From the NCBI RefSeq assembly GCF_018977255.1, contig NW_024704743.1, forward strand, positions 1,302,001 to 1,366,000: 64,000 nt of DNA. Direction: 5' to 3'. Below, in pieces: positions 13,531 through 26,952 of this stretch (position 1 is the first letter of the stretch; each line of letters starts with the position of its first letter). Made by a program: the position numbers and the translations under genes. The notes beneath the pieces are model-generated. The model saw only the letters and a program-made list of their open reading frames with translations. It ran no database searches and had not been told where the DNA came from. Source of the DNA: Callorhinchus milii (taxonomy: Eukaryota).

Positions 13531-16500
13531 TATAAAACATAAAACACTATAAAATGCTAATACAAGCACTTTTCATATATTAGGAGGACATCCCAAAGTA
13601 GTCCTGGCTTGGTACCTGAGCCGGGGCGGAGGGGGGAGAAAAAAGACCGAAGGAGCGGTCAAAGAGGCAGGTTTTGAAATATCCCTTGAAAGAGGTGAGC
13701 AAGGAGGGAGCGAGGGCTCAAGGATGGAGTACCAGAAAGTCCACACGAGCCTCCAACCTCCCTAAACCCTTCTGTTACTTTATAATAATAATCCGTGCAT
13801 TTGGTACAGCGCCTTATCACGTCGTTGAAACGTCTCACAGCCCTACACAGAGTATACTGTAAAGTGTAGTGACTGTGTATTTTGCTGGCGAAACGCGGCA
13901 GCCATTTGCGCACAGCAGCGTCCCCACAAACAGCTGTGGATTGAGTGACGTGAAAGGTGTATACAGCAGCTTGCGAGGTGGATCACCAGTACGCCACGGA
14001 AATCCACTCACGACTGCGTGAACCGACTTAAATCCATCGACGCTTTGGACTTGGACCACAGTTCCTGGCAGCGAGTTCCAGAGCCTCACCACCCTCTGTG
14101 AAGATCTAGGAGTTCATACTCATAAATCATTCAAATCTAATTTGCAGGTGCAACAAGCAGACAATAAGTCAAATGGCATTCTGGCCTTCATTACAAGACG
14201 CCTGGTAGCTGAACATAAGGAGGTACTTCTCCAATTATGTGGAGCTCCAATCACACCTCACTTGCAGCGCTGGGTTAAGTTTTTGGCTTGACACTGAACA
14301 AGAAAGGAAGGATTTTAATGCAATTGTAGCATAGAATCTTACAGCGCAGAAAGAGGCCATTCAGCCCCTCATGCCTGTGTTGGCTCTCCCCGTTGGTATT
14401 CCATAGCCCTGCAATTTTTTCCTATTCAACAACAACAACAACTTGCATTTCTATAGCGCCCCTCACAAAGCGCTTGAAATAGCTACGCAATTCCCTTTTG
14501 AAAGCCATTTTGGGATCCGCTTCCAACACCCTTTTGGGCAGCGCATTCCAGACCGTAACAACTTTCTGGACAAAAAAAGTCCCCTCGTCTCCCCTCTGGT
14601 TCTTTTGCCAATTATCTTAAATGTTTGAATTTGTTGGCTCTAACAATGGGAGAAATTCCCTTCTCGTTTCAAGTAATGCCACGAGATCCTCACGATAATA
14701 ATCCTTGCATTTGATACAGCCCCTCATCACATCGTTGAGAGGCCTCAAAGCACTTCACAGAATATATTACCCCCGGTAAAGCGATCCACCACTCGACTAA
14801 CAACCGGTTCCTACTTAGTGCTCGGTAAACAGAGGCGTGAGTGTGGAGTAAGGAAACTGCCTGAGGCTTCGCTCTGCCCGGGAACCCAACCCGGATCCTC
14901 TCGCTTGCGAGGCGAGCGCTCTAACCATGAATGAACGTGTCCTGCACAGGCAGACAACGACAACTAGCTTTTATATAGTGCCCTTCACGCAGGGTAGTGT
15001 CTCGGAGCACAGAACAGGACTCTGCTTTAACATTTTATCCAAAGGATGGCCCTTCCAACAAGTGATGCAGTGGAGCATCAGTCTCGGCTTGAACTGAACG
15101 CACAGCCTTCTGACCCAGAGACAAGTGCGCTGGCAGTAGATGATTGAGCCAAGCCGACACAAATTACCCCCAACGTGTTGCAATGCAATCCTCCACACCC
15201 TCTCCTCAACAATTGATTTCAGTTCAGGACAGAATGCTTTCCTGAAGCAGTTATTGAGTAGTCTCGGGAGACTTATTTGACTTTCCTACTTAACACGCAC
15301 ACAATTATTCACACCGAGTATTGATTGGGAATCCACCCCTCCAGCCTGCCACTTGTAGGGTTCGATTCCCCGGCCGAGCGAAACCTTAGGCAAGTTTCCC
15401 CACACGCTTCTGTTTACCGTGCAGTCAGTAGGAACCCGACTGTCTGTGGGCCACTGCTGGGCGCAGTTGGCTGCCGCACTTTGATCACAAAATACACAGT
15501 CAATCCACTTTGCAATATATTCGGCGAAGAGCTTTGAGACGTCTCAACAATGTAAGGTGCGAAATCAAATGCAAGGATTATTATTATTATTACGACTATT
15601 ATTACCACCTTACCTCAGTTGGTACTGTCGCACTCTTCCATCTAGAGTAGGTAGATTATGGATCGTGACTTTAAACTCATAATCTAGACTGGTACTTCAC
15701 AGCGGCGGTGTGGAAACTGCCTGAGGTTTCGCTGTGCCCGGGAACTACTACATTATCAGAACTACTGCCCTTTGGAGCTATTAGCCGTTAAAACTGAGGT
15801 CCCATCTGCTGCTCAGGTGGACGTTAAAGAACCCGAGATCCTATCTTGGTTTTCTCCCAGAATCCTGGCTGACACTCCCCAGATAAAACTGCTTAATTAC
15901 GACATGACTGTTTGAGGGACTTTGCTGAGCGCAAATTGGCTGCTGCATTTGCCTACCAAATACAGTCACCACACAGTACAGTAAATATCCTGAAGTGCTT
16001 TGAGACATCCTTCCAACTCAAATCCTATTTTCTGCCCCCCACCCACCTCACACCCCCCCCCAGCTCGATACAGGCAAATATTACTATTATACTTCCATCT
16101 GTAACTGACAGCATCTCCAGTGTACACACGTACACACACACACACACGCGCACAAGCTAATGAAATTAAAAAGCTAACGGAATTAAACACAGCAAAAAAA
16201 AATTCCAGCAGTACACAGTTGTCCCATATAATAATAATAATCCCAGCATTTTCGCATAGGCGTCTTATCTTGTCGTTGAGATTATTACCTTTCAACAAAA
16301 AGCGATCCTATTTACTGCTGGGTAAACAGAGGTGTTTGTGTGGCGTAAGGAAACTCGCCCAAGGTTTTGCCACGCCTGGAAATTCAAACCCAGTTTCTTT
16401 CGCTTGCGAGGCAAGTGCTCTAACCAATATGGGACAGATCCAACCTTATAGGGTCAATTGCTATATACTCGCTGAGTAGAAACAATGCTCAACAGACTCC

Positions 16501-16554
16501 AAACTGCACGAGTATCATCGTGAACACTTTTACACTATATTCTGTGAAGCGCTT

Positions 16555-16878
16555 TAATAATAATAATAATAATCCTCGCATTTGATATAGCGCTTTTCAC
16601 GTCGGGAGGACGTCCCAAAGCGCTTCACAGAACACACTGTAAAGTGAATTGACTGTATATTTGTGGGCGAACGCGGCCGCCAATTGCGCACAGCAATGTC
16701 CCACAAACAGCCGTAGATTGAAAATGACCAATTTATTATTGTTTTTGGTTTTGGAGGGATTATTATTAGGCTCTGTGTGGAGTAAGGAAACTTGCCCAAG
16801 GTTTCGCCCTCTGCCTGGAATTGAACTCAGGTCTCTCACTTGCAAAGCGAGTGCTCTAACCACTGAGTTACAGGACTC
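16555..16878 (-). mobile_element. Young SINE A variant nested in a plus-strand SINE tail
   Basis: Near-identical to 9760-10082; interrupts gtgaagcgcttt|aagatgtctc…gtgataaggc. Confidence 0.9.
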
Positions 16879-18639
16879 CAAGATGTCTTTAAGATGTCTC
16901 ACAGATGTGATAAGGCACTATATCAAATGCAAATGCAAGGATTATTATTATTACTATTACTGACTGGCAAGCCTTCCTTCCCACTGTTTGTCCAGCTGTG
17001 ACAACCCTACCCTGTTAGTTAGGGCTTTGGCTGCGGGGTTAACAGGAGCTGAGGGGGAGGATTCCCTGTCCCCAGTGACTGGTCGGCCCTTCCAGGTCCT
17101 GCTAATGAGCCGGGCCGGGCTGTGCCGAGATCAGCCGTGCCCTGGAGTAGCGTAGAGCTGCTCGGTTATGTCAGCATCTCAGTAGAAACAATACAGCAAA
17201 TTCAGCATTTGTCAGGAAATCGCTAAAGCAAACATTCTCCTCTTCTCTCCTTCCCCGCTCCACACACACGTGTACGTTCTTTGGGGGAGGGACAGGAACA
17301 GCCACAAACGGCCATGAAATTCATCACCCTATTTTATTTACAAACGTAATCTTTTTGTAGTTGTTGTTGTTGTATTTGGGGGATTGTCAGCCAGGACACC
17401 TGGAGAGAGAAAATCCCTCCTCTTTTCCAATAGCACCGTGGGATCTTTCACATCCACATGAACAGGCAGACGAGATCTTGGTTTAATGTCTCCTCCAAAG
17501 GAAGGCCATCTCCGAAAATGCGACACACACCCCAGCACTGCATTGGAGCATCAACTCGCTAACAACCGGGTTCCTACGTATTTGTACAGCGCCTTTCAAG
17601 TCAGGAGGACGTCCCAAGGCGCTGGACGGTCAAGGATTTGGACCCGAGTTGGGGTTGGGATCAGGAGGGGGGTGCGGATCCCTGACCGTCCAAGCGCCTT
17701 GGAAAAGCCCTCCCGACGTGAAAGGCCCTGCGTAAATGGCGTTTGCCGTGGTCATTTTATCCAGGGAGGGAACTGAATAGGAGCTTTCAGAAGAAAAGTT
17801 ACTCGAGAGAATTCGTAACAAACCCTGCCCGTGGAAACAGGCCAGGTCAGCATCTCCGACTGCCAATATACACACGCAGATCCAGACTTGCTCAGACTGC
17901 TGTGTGCGATGATGCTCTCTGTCTTCTCAAGACTCTTGTAACAAATCCCAGACCTCAGCAGCACGTGAAAGTAGGAACCTTCGATCTTCTCCTTTCTCTC
18001 CCCACCCCACCCCTCCTCCTCCTCCTCCTCCTCCTTCCAGCCTCGTTTTATTCTGCCCCTTGCGTTTGAAATAGCGACCCACCGTGTCAAAAACTCTCAC
18101 GGCACTTCGCAGGGATTACTGTAAAGTGTATCTTTCCCAAACTCCCCAACACGAGTTGCCACGGTTTCTGAAGTCAAATTCTGATGTGTTTTATGCATTC
18201 CCCCGTTCATCTGCAATCGCGTTCCCCGGGCTGAGCGAAGGCTGCTGTGCCTAGTGTCAGCATTGGGTGATAAGCTGCTTTGCTGGGACATCAAACCTGG
18301 GCATAACTCTCCGGAATTAGGGCACTCATCTGGTTAAACTCCAGCAGTTACCCTCCACACGTACACACCACGTACCGGTGGACTCCTGTAGCTCAGTGGT
18401 TAACGTGCTCACCTCAAAAGCCCGGTGTGTTTCCCGGTCAGGGCGAAACCTTACGCAAATCTCCTTACTCCACTCGCCTCTGCGTTTGCCTAGCAGAAAG
18501 TAGGGACCCCCGGCTGTTAGTCGGATCGCTTTGCCAGGACACCGCCAGAGAGAAACTCCCTTCTCTTTTCTGTGGGATAGGATCTTCAACAACCACCTGA
18601 ACAAGTTATCCGAGGACAGGTGGCCTCACCTTGGTCGGT

Positions 18640-19035
18640 ATTCCCTTGAGTTTGGAAAGTTGAGGGCTGATCTGATTGAGTTGTTTAAAATGATAAAGGG
18701 ATTAAATAGCGCAGTTACAAGAAACTAGTTCCTCTGATGGAGGAATCCAGAACGAGGGGACATAATCTTAAAATTAGGCCGTTTAGCAGTGAAATCAGGA
18801 GGCACTTTTTCACCCAAAGGGTTAGTAGGAACCCTGAACTCTCCCCCACAAAAAGCTATGGATTATGGTTGATCCATTCACATTTTCAAGACTGAGGTGG
18901 ATAGATGTTTGTTAGGTCAGGGGATCAAGGGAATGGGGCAAAGGCAGGTAAAAGAGGTTGAGGTACAGATCACCCATGATCTTATAGAATGGCGGAACAG
19001 GCTCGAGGGGCTGAATGGCCTCCTGTTCCTATGCT
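18640..19035 (+). mobile_element. CR1/HER1-type LINE 3' fragment
   Basis: gggctgatctgattgag…acgagggggacataat…gaatggcggaacaggctcgaggggctgaatggcctcctgttcc. The same tail occurs at 50500-50710 (+) and 34915-35170 (-). Confidence 0.9.
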
Positions 19036-19858
19036 ACTTATTGAGCCACGCTGACATACCATATAACACTAAATGCTTCACCGGCCTGAATTCCACTGTT
19101 ATCAAGGGCACGAATGCACCACAATTCTCACCACAGCCCGTGTTCTTCACACCCTCCTTCCCTGAGGCTGGGGTTGTGAAAACCACAAGGACAGCTCCTT
19201 ACGCCCTCCACCCCCCCCCCCCGCCCCGCCCCGCCCCAGCTCTCAGAGAGCCCCGATTGCCAAATCTCTCCCACCCCTGCCTTTACATTCTCCTCCGCAC
19301 CCATTCTCCTGCTCTAAATAAAAAGAGTCGCCCACAAATATGGATTTAATCCACTTTACAGTACGTCCTGTGAAACGTCTCTCAGACGTGACAAGACACT
19401 ATATCAAAGGGTGATTATTATATTATAATTATTATTATTATTAGAACAGTCACCCACTTTGGGGTTTTACAGTGCCAACCACCCCACCCTCTCCCTTAGC
19501 TGCCGTGCTTGCGAAAACGTGGCAATAATTACTTGCAAAGCACTTTATGATGTTTGGATGTCCTAGAACTGCTCCTCGATCCAAGCCCGTTTGTCATCCA
19601 GACTCCTTCGTGGCAGACAACACATTGCCCTAAAGACTTTACAGATGGAGTAACCGAGAGTGTGATCTCACCCACATTAAAGCGACGCAAAAACCCACAT
19701 CGTATGACGGGCTGCGAAACCGTGAACACAACCAAACGTCAGGAGGAAAACAAAGCGAGTTGTCTCGGTTAGTTTCGGCCGCACTCAGGCAGTCCTTTTT
19801 AGACTCAGACGGTCGTGGGTTCACGACTCCGCGCTCATCGTCCAGGCTCATAATCTTG

Positions 19859-20370
19859 GGGAGTCCTGCAGCTCAGCGGTTAAAGCACTCGCCTCGCAAG
19901 CGAGAGGACCCGGGTTCGATTTCTGGGCAGAATCGAAACCTTAGGCAAGTGTCCTTACTCCACACACACACACACACACGCACCCTCACCCCTCTGTTTA
20001 CCAAGCGGCAAGTAGGAACCTGGTTTGTTCTCGCTGATTGACGGATTCCTTATTAATCCCTCAAAAAAAAATTAGGTCACTCAATCCACGACTGTTTGTG
20101 GGGCACTGCGGTGCGTAATTGGCTGCTGGATTCACAAAAAAACACACACAGCCAATCCACTTTATGTTACGCGATTTGTTTCCACTTTATAGTCTATTCT
20201 GTGAAGTGCTTTGAGACATCTCAACCATGTGATAAGACTGTGTGATCCCCCCCCCCCCAACCCCCAAGTCCTGACATGGGGCTTGAACCCACAACCTTCT
20301 GACTCAAGAGGCGAAAGAGCTACAGTCTAAGTTGACCCTACATCAAATGCAAGGATTATTATTATTAATT
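19859..20370 (+). mobile_element. SINE family A copy, tail interrupted by a family B fragment
   Basis: Head ggagtcctgcagctcagcggttaaagcactcgcctcgcaagcgagaggacccgggttcga. Confidence 0.85.
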
Positions 20371-21241
20371 CTTCGGCTGACATTCCAGTACAGTGTCAGG
20401 GAAGGGTGAAAGCTATCCCGTGCACTATTCGAAAAGAAAAAGGGATTTTTCTTGTAGCGTCAACGGCCAACGCTCCCCGGATAAAACTGGCCGTGGCTGT
20501 TTGTGGGACGTGCGTGCGCCCACAAAACACACAGTCACTGCACTCGACGGCGGTTCCCTGGGAGGCGCTGGATCAAATCCCCCCGTTGGTTATTGCAAAC
20601 GTGTCTCGCAGACAGCAACAGAAACGACAGCAGATTTTTAATCTGTCGGTGATTGTGGACGGGGGAGGTACTCTGGCCAGGACACAGGGAGAAACTTTGG
20701 TCAGGAAGCATCTCTTCATCTAAACAAACTGTGTCTCGGGATCATTAACATCCACTTGACACAACCCAACAGGCCAAAGGGACCCTCCTCTTTTCATAAT
20801 AACGATGAAGAATTCTTAAACTTGATACAGCGCCTCACCACCTCATCGAGATGTCTCGAAGCAATGTGTCACCCTGGTGCGGAGGTGCGGGCGGGGCGGG
20901 GGTGGGTGGGGGAGAGAGGTGACTGTAAGCACGGTCAAAAAGCAAGGTCTTTAGGTAGGATTTGAAAGTGGGGAGGGAGGGAGGAAGGCGGAGGGATTGA
21001 GGGTCTAACAGGAGGCTGGAGCTGGCCGAGGGGAGGCAGCGGATGGCGGAGTGGAATGGGTGGGGGGGCGGCGGGGTGTGGGGGGGGTAATAACATCTCA
21101 AAGCGCTATATATGGAACGCGGGCAAACATGGCAGGCAGTTTGCACACAGCAGGTTGCCACGAACAGCCAATTTATCCGAGGAAACGCTGGCCTGGACCC
21201 ACCACCCCAACCGCCATTGGTTTAACGTCTCATCCATGCAT

Positions 21242-21740
21242 GTGTCGGCCTGGCTCAGCGGTAGCGCTTCCGCCTCTGAGTCAGAAGGTTGCGGGTTCAA
21301 GCCCCCCACGTCAGGAATTGGGGTCACGCAGCTAAGCCGATGCTCCAACGCAGCGCTCTGTGTGTGTGTGTGTGTGTGCGTGCGCATGCGTGTGCGTGTG
21401 TGCGTTGCACTGTCGGAGGTCTTTCAGATAAGACATTAAACTGAGGTCCCGTCTACCTGTTCAGGCGGCGCTATTGGAAAAGAAGAGGGCATTTCTCTCT
21501 CTCTCTTTCTCTCGCTCTCTCTCCCGGTGTCCCGGCCAACAATCCCGCAAATAAAATCGGTCGCTCGCTCCGTGGCTGTTTGTGGGGACGCTGCTGTGCG
21601 CAAACTGGTTGTCGCATTTCGCCCACAAAATACACAGTCACTGCACTTTACAATATATGACGTGAAGCCCCTTTGAGGCTCCTCAATGACACAATAAGGA
21701 GCTATGTCAAATGCAAGGATTATTATTATTATTATCATCG
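21242..21740 (+). mobile_element. Full-length SINE family B (different tRNA-like head, Deu-domain core, same tail as family A)
   Basis: tggctcagcgg and ggttcaagcc boxes; core gacattaaactgaggtcccgtctacctgttcagg; gctgtgcgcaaactggttgtcgcatttc, resembling recalled DeuSINE/AmnSINE1 motifs. Confidence 0.8.
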
Positions 21741-22719
21741 TTATTCAAAGGACGACATGTCTGGCGATCCAGTTCCCTCTCTCTCGCTCTCCTAACGCAA
21801 CCTAGACTGTGACCTCAATGTCCCCAGTCCTGCGCTCAAAGCCACAGCCCCCTCCCCTCCCCTCCCCTCCCGCCCCCCAAAAATTGTGCCCCTCAAAACA
21901 TTGTGCCCTGGAGACGAGATTGTGATCGACCCCGTCAAGCCGACAATACAGAACACCGACTGCTCCACATCTTAAAGGCATCAGAATACAGACGCGTTGA
22001 AGAGCCCACACACACCACACAACGTAGAATCATAGCATATTACAGCTCAGAAGGAGGCCATTCGGGCCAACGCGACTCTTTGAAAGAGCTATCCAACCTG
22101 CCCCGCAATTAAAAAATAATTTATTTTTTTCTTTTCGAGTCCCTATCCAATTCCCTTTTGAAAGTTATGATCGAATCTCCTTCCACCGCCCCTTTCGGGC
22201 GGTCAAGTTCCAGAGCGTAACAACTCTCCGGGTAGAATAATTTCTCCTCGTTCCCAAATCCCCACTCTGGTTCTTTTGTCCAAGTCTTATTTTTATATAT
22301 ATATATATACACACACACACACGCACAGTATATATATATATTTTTTAACCAAACCAAACGTGTTTCGTGGTAACAAATCAAAGTCAATTACAAAAATAAG
22401 ATTCGGAGAGGGACACGGCGGGGAATCAGTGACAGAAATTCACAGCAATAAGTGGATTTACACACAATTTAACACGCAGGCCTGTGTTACTGCTATGTGT
22501 GTCCACACACTGACACTCGCGCGCCTGCAAATACTGCATAACAGGGAACGCCAGGCTGGGTTTAACATAACCCAAGGCAGGCCAAGGGAAGCACTGTTGT
22601 CTCTTTAACCGTTTCTGTTCCTCTCGAGTCAATCGAGGTTGGGGGAAGGGAGACAAGGGCATTGAAATGGCGTTGGCTCAGCTAAACATTAATCCGCAGC
22701 AATGCACACAGACAGAGAG

Positions 22720-23195
22720 ACGGAGACCGCTCCAATACAGAGAGAGCGACACAGAGAGACACAGAGATATACACACAGCTCCAATACAGAGACAGACACA
22801 GAGAGACATATGCATACACACTCAGCTCCAACACAGAGACACGCACACACATAACACACGCACACACACACACAGCTCCAATACAGAGACACGCACACAC
22901 ATAACACACGCACACACACACACACAGCTCCAATACAGAGACACACACACACACATAACACACGCACACACACACACAGCTCCAATACAGACCGACACGC
23001 ACAACACACACACACACTCACACACACACTCAGCTCCAATACAGAGACACGCACACACATAACACACACACACACACAACACACACATGCACACACACAC
23101 ACAGCTCCAATACAGACCGACACGCACAACACACACACACACACAGCTCCAATACAAGAGATGCACAGAGAGAGAGACAGACACACACACACAGC
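22720..23195 (+). repeat. CA-rich minisatellite with recurring agctccaatacag core (about 9 copies)
   Basis: Direct inspection. Confidence 0.9.
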
Positions 23196-23516
23196 TCAGA
23201 GAGGGAGGGATCGCGGTACAATACCCATCAATGCGCATTGCCATTTGCACAAATAACAGAGAGAGGGAGGGAGGGAGGGAGAGAGGGGCTATAACATTGC
23301 ATTTAATACGCAATCTCTCTTCCTCTTCATCCCTCCTCCTCCCCCCATCTCTCTATAACTCTCGCCCTCTCTCTCTCTCTCTCTCTCTATCTATATATAT
23401 ATAAAGTAACTGTCTGGCAGCCAGATTGCAATCGTGTCCATTTCAATAAATTGGCTGCACCAGATTTTCGCACCACAAAAAAATGTCACATGCATTTATA
23501 ATTTATATATACACAC

Positions 23517-23549
<33 letters not shown>

Positions 23550-23718
23550 CTAGATATAAAACAAAAGGTACATCAACTTGTGTTACAAATCAGGGCGAGC
23601 GACCCGGCCATTCTCTCAGAAGCCTTAGGATCTGAAATCCTCAGGAATTTTAACTCTTTTGTTACCGGCCTCGCTCCATTGTTGTGGGGATACACTCCCT
23701 CTCTCTCTCTCTCTCTCC

Positions 23719-23752
<34 letters not shown>

Positions 23753-23844
23753 ATATATGTATACACACACACACACACACAGGTCAGCCAATCTCTCCAT
23801 AACAGCAGGAGATGTGAAGATTGCAATGTATAAATCTCTCCCCA

Positions 23845-25060
23845 AATACACACACAATATACGCACACACGCAGACACACAACACACACACATACACACA
23901 ACACACAAACATACACACATACACACAACATATACACAACACACATACACACAACACACAAACACACAGACAAAACACACACAAACACACACAGACACAC
24001 ATACACAAAACACACACACACACACAGACAAAACACACACAAACACAGACATACAACACACACACACATATACACAACACACAAACACACAGACAAAACA
24101 CACACAAACACAGACATACAATACACACACACATACACACAACACACAAACACAGACATACAACACATACACAAAACACACACACACAGAAAAAACACAG
24201 ACACAATATACATACATACACACATGTACAAAACATACACATACACACATGTACAAAACATACACATACACACATGTACAAAACACACGCACACAAACAC
24301 AACACACACAGACACCGCCAAATCCGCACTGCAGGGAAAATCCTCTTATATTTTGATAAATAAAACCGAAATCCATCCACAGTCCTTTAACCATTTCTGC
24401 GCTGAAACTCTGCACTCACAGTGCCCCCGAAACCTGACAGACTGCGGGGATTTAAAAATAAATCAATCCCCTCCACTCCCCCCATTCCCCCCTCACCCCC
24501 TCCACTCCCCCTCTCTCACCCCCACTCCCCCTCCACTCCCCCCTCACCCCCACTCCCCCTCACCCCCTCCACTCCCCCTCACCCCCACTCCCCTCCTCCA
24601 CTCCCCCTCACCCCCTCCACTCCCCTCATCCCCTCCAAAATAGGGAACTTTTTGAACACACAGAGATGTACAGAATAATTGGGGAGGGGGGGAGGGGGGG
24701 GAGGGGGGGAGGATGTGGGGGAGAGAGAGAGAGAGACAGATAGAGAGAGACACTGATAGAGATAGAGAGAGAGACACAGATAGAGAGAGACAGATAGAGA
24801 GAGAGAGGAGAGAGAGACACAGATAGAGATAGAGAGAGACACACAGATAGAGATAGAGATAGAGAGAGAGACACAGATAGAGATAGAGACACAGATAGAG
24901 ATAGAGAGAGAGACACAGATAGAGATAGAGAGAGAGACACAGATAGAGATAGAGAGAGAGACACAGATAGAGAGGAGAGACACAGATAGAGATAGAGACA
25001 CAGGTAGAGAGAGAGAGATAGAGATAGAGAGAGAGACAGATAGAGATAGAGAGAGAATCT
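23845..25060. repeat. Cluster of simple repeats: CA-rich (23845-24312), C-rich (24468-24635), GATAGA/GA-rich (24720-25060)
   Basis: Direct inspection. Confidence 0.9.
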
Positions 25061-25418
25061 ATATATATACAGTATAAGTAGCAAGAAAAAAGAGAGGGAG
25101 GAGGAGGTTTGTGGTGGGAGAGGGGATGTGAAAGGTTTAAATACCATTTTGATGCCCAGTTTCCCAGTGAGAAGAGGTGCAACAACACCACCAAAACCCA
25201 CTGTCCCTTCTCTCCTCTTCCAATGCACTTTTGCAAAACCAAAGGGACGTCAAGAAAAGTTGAGATCTCCATAAGAGGAAGGTCCTGGTCCTGGGGTCCT
25301 GGTCCTGGTCCTGGGGTCCTGGTCCTGGGGTCCTGGTCCTGGTCCTGGGGTCCTGGTCCTGGTCAAACACCTCCTCTGCCCATTGCATTCAACGCCATGT
25401 TCACACGAGGAAAATGGG

Positions 25419-25464
<46 letters not shown>

Positions 25465-25879
25465 AAGAGAGAGAGAGAGAAAAGAGAGAGAGAGAAAAAG
25501 GGAGGGGGGGGGGGTCCAAACTGACATAAGGGGGGCTTTGCACACAGCAATTGCTGATTGGGTCTTTCTGATCATATGAGACTTGTCTGGATTTAAATGC
25601 CTCTCTCTCTCTCTCTCTTTCTCCCCCTCTCTCTCTCTCTCTCTCTTTCTCTCTCCCTCTGATGTCTTTCTCCTTCCTTCTTTCTTCCTTCCTTCCTTCC
25701 TTTCCTGCTATGATCAACCTCTCTCCTCTCCCATTACAATGCAGCACTCAAAATAACGCAAAGCAACTTTGCCAACCAGGGTATCAGAGAGAGAGAGAGG
25801 GAGAGAGAGAAGGAGAGAGAGGAGAGAGAGGGAGAGAGAGGGAGAGAAAGATGCTTAACGTCTCAGTTTGCAGGTCTGA

Positions 25880-26912
25880 TCTTCTGTCCCTCTCTCCCCG
25901 AGCGCCGGCTCTTTAAACGCGGACCCCCGTGTGTTTAGCGCTAATAGTAACGATCCCCGGCATCTCACGTCGTCGAGACGTCTCTCCAAAGAGGGGACGC
26001 CGGGTACGCTGCCGGGTGGAGCGTCGCAGCGGCCGATCGCGCCCGGCGGCGCGCCCCGCGCACGGTCAGAGGGAGGAGAATCGTTGGTCGGGACACAGTG
26101 GAGTGTCAGTTCGGGCGGCGGACCGTTCCTCGGGCTCGAACCCACGACCTCCTGTCTCGGGAGGCGAATGAGAGAGAGAGAGAGAGGAGAGAGAGGGAGA
26201 GGAGAGAGAGCGCACGCTACCGACTGAGCCACGCTGTCACGCCACAGACACATGTACGGTCGTTGTCAGAAACAACACGGACAAGTGGCATTTATTGGAG
26301 GCGCCGTTCACGCCGGGCGGACGTGCCCCGGGAACCAAGGTTTAAGAAACCACTTAAAAACTGGGCCGACAGCTTCCAAACGGTCTCGAAACGCTTTGCC
26401 GGGGACTCGCGGTCCAGGACCGCGACCGCGCGCGCGTCTTGCAGGCAAACGCGGACCCCCATTTGCATTCGGCCGTGTCCCACAGCCGGACACGAAGCAA
26501 ACGGCGAGTTATCATTCGGGGGGCGATTCACTGTTGGCCCGGAACCCCCTCTCTCCTCTCCTCTTTTTTTTTTGGATTTCGAGCAGCTGTGTTGGAGCGT
26601 CGGTTTCCCGGCGAGAAGGGGTGCAACTTAGCACCGCGTGATTCCGAGTACCCTAAGCGGGGCTCGAACCCCCACAAGCTTCCGACCCGGAGCGCGTGCT
26701 CGCAACTGGGCCAGGCCCTGACCCTCGAGGCGATCACGCGGGAAAGGGAGCAGAGGAGTACGGGGGCGGGCGGATTAGGAGGGGTAGAGGTCAACACGGA
26801 GCTTGGACCCACGAGTCGGGGCACGAATGGCCTGACTCCCCGCCGCAAAGCTCCGTCTAATTCCCCTTCGTGCTGGAAAGGAGACTCCAACGTACCGAGA
26901 GCTTCACACAGC

Positions 26913-26952
<40 letters not shown>

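Noticed and set aside
9758..16963. Duplicated ORFs (MGKFPYSTQSL…, MTVYLWANAAA…) suggesting paralogous small genes
   Set aside because: Both are translations of two near-identical SINE copies.
19859..19935. Apparent tRNA-Ala genes (here and at many other sites)
   Set aside because: They lack a proper acceptor stem and always continue into SINE body sequence, so they are SINE heads.
22720..23195. CRISPR-like pattern of a constant core with variable spacers (also considered for 8555-8930)
   Set aside because: Eukaryotic context, the spacers are CA microsatellite or identical, and there are no cas genes. These are minisatellites.
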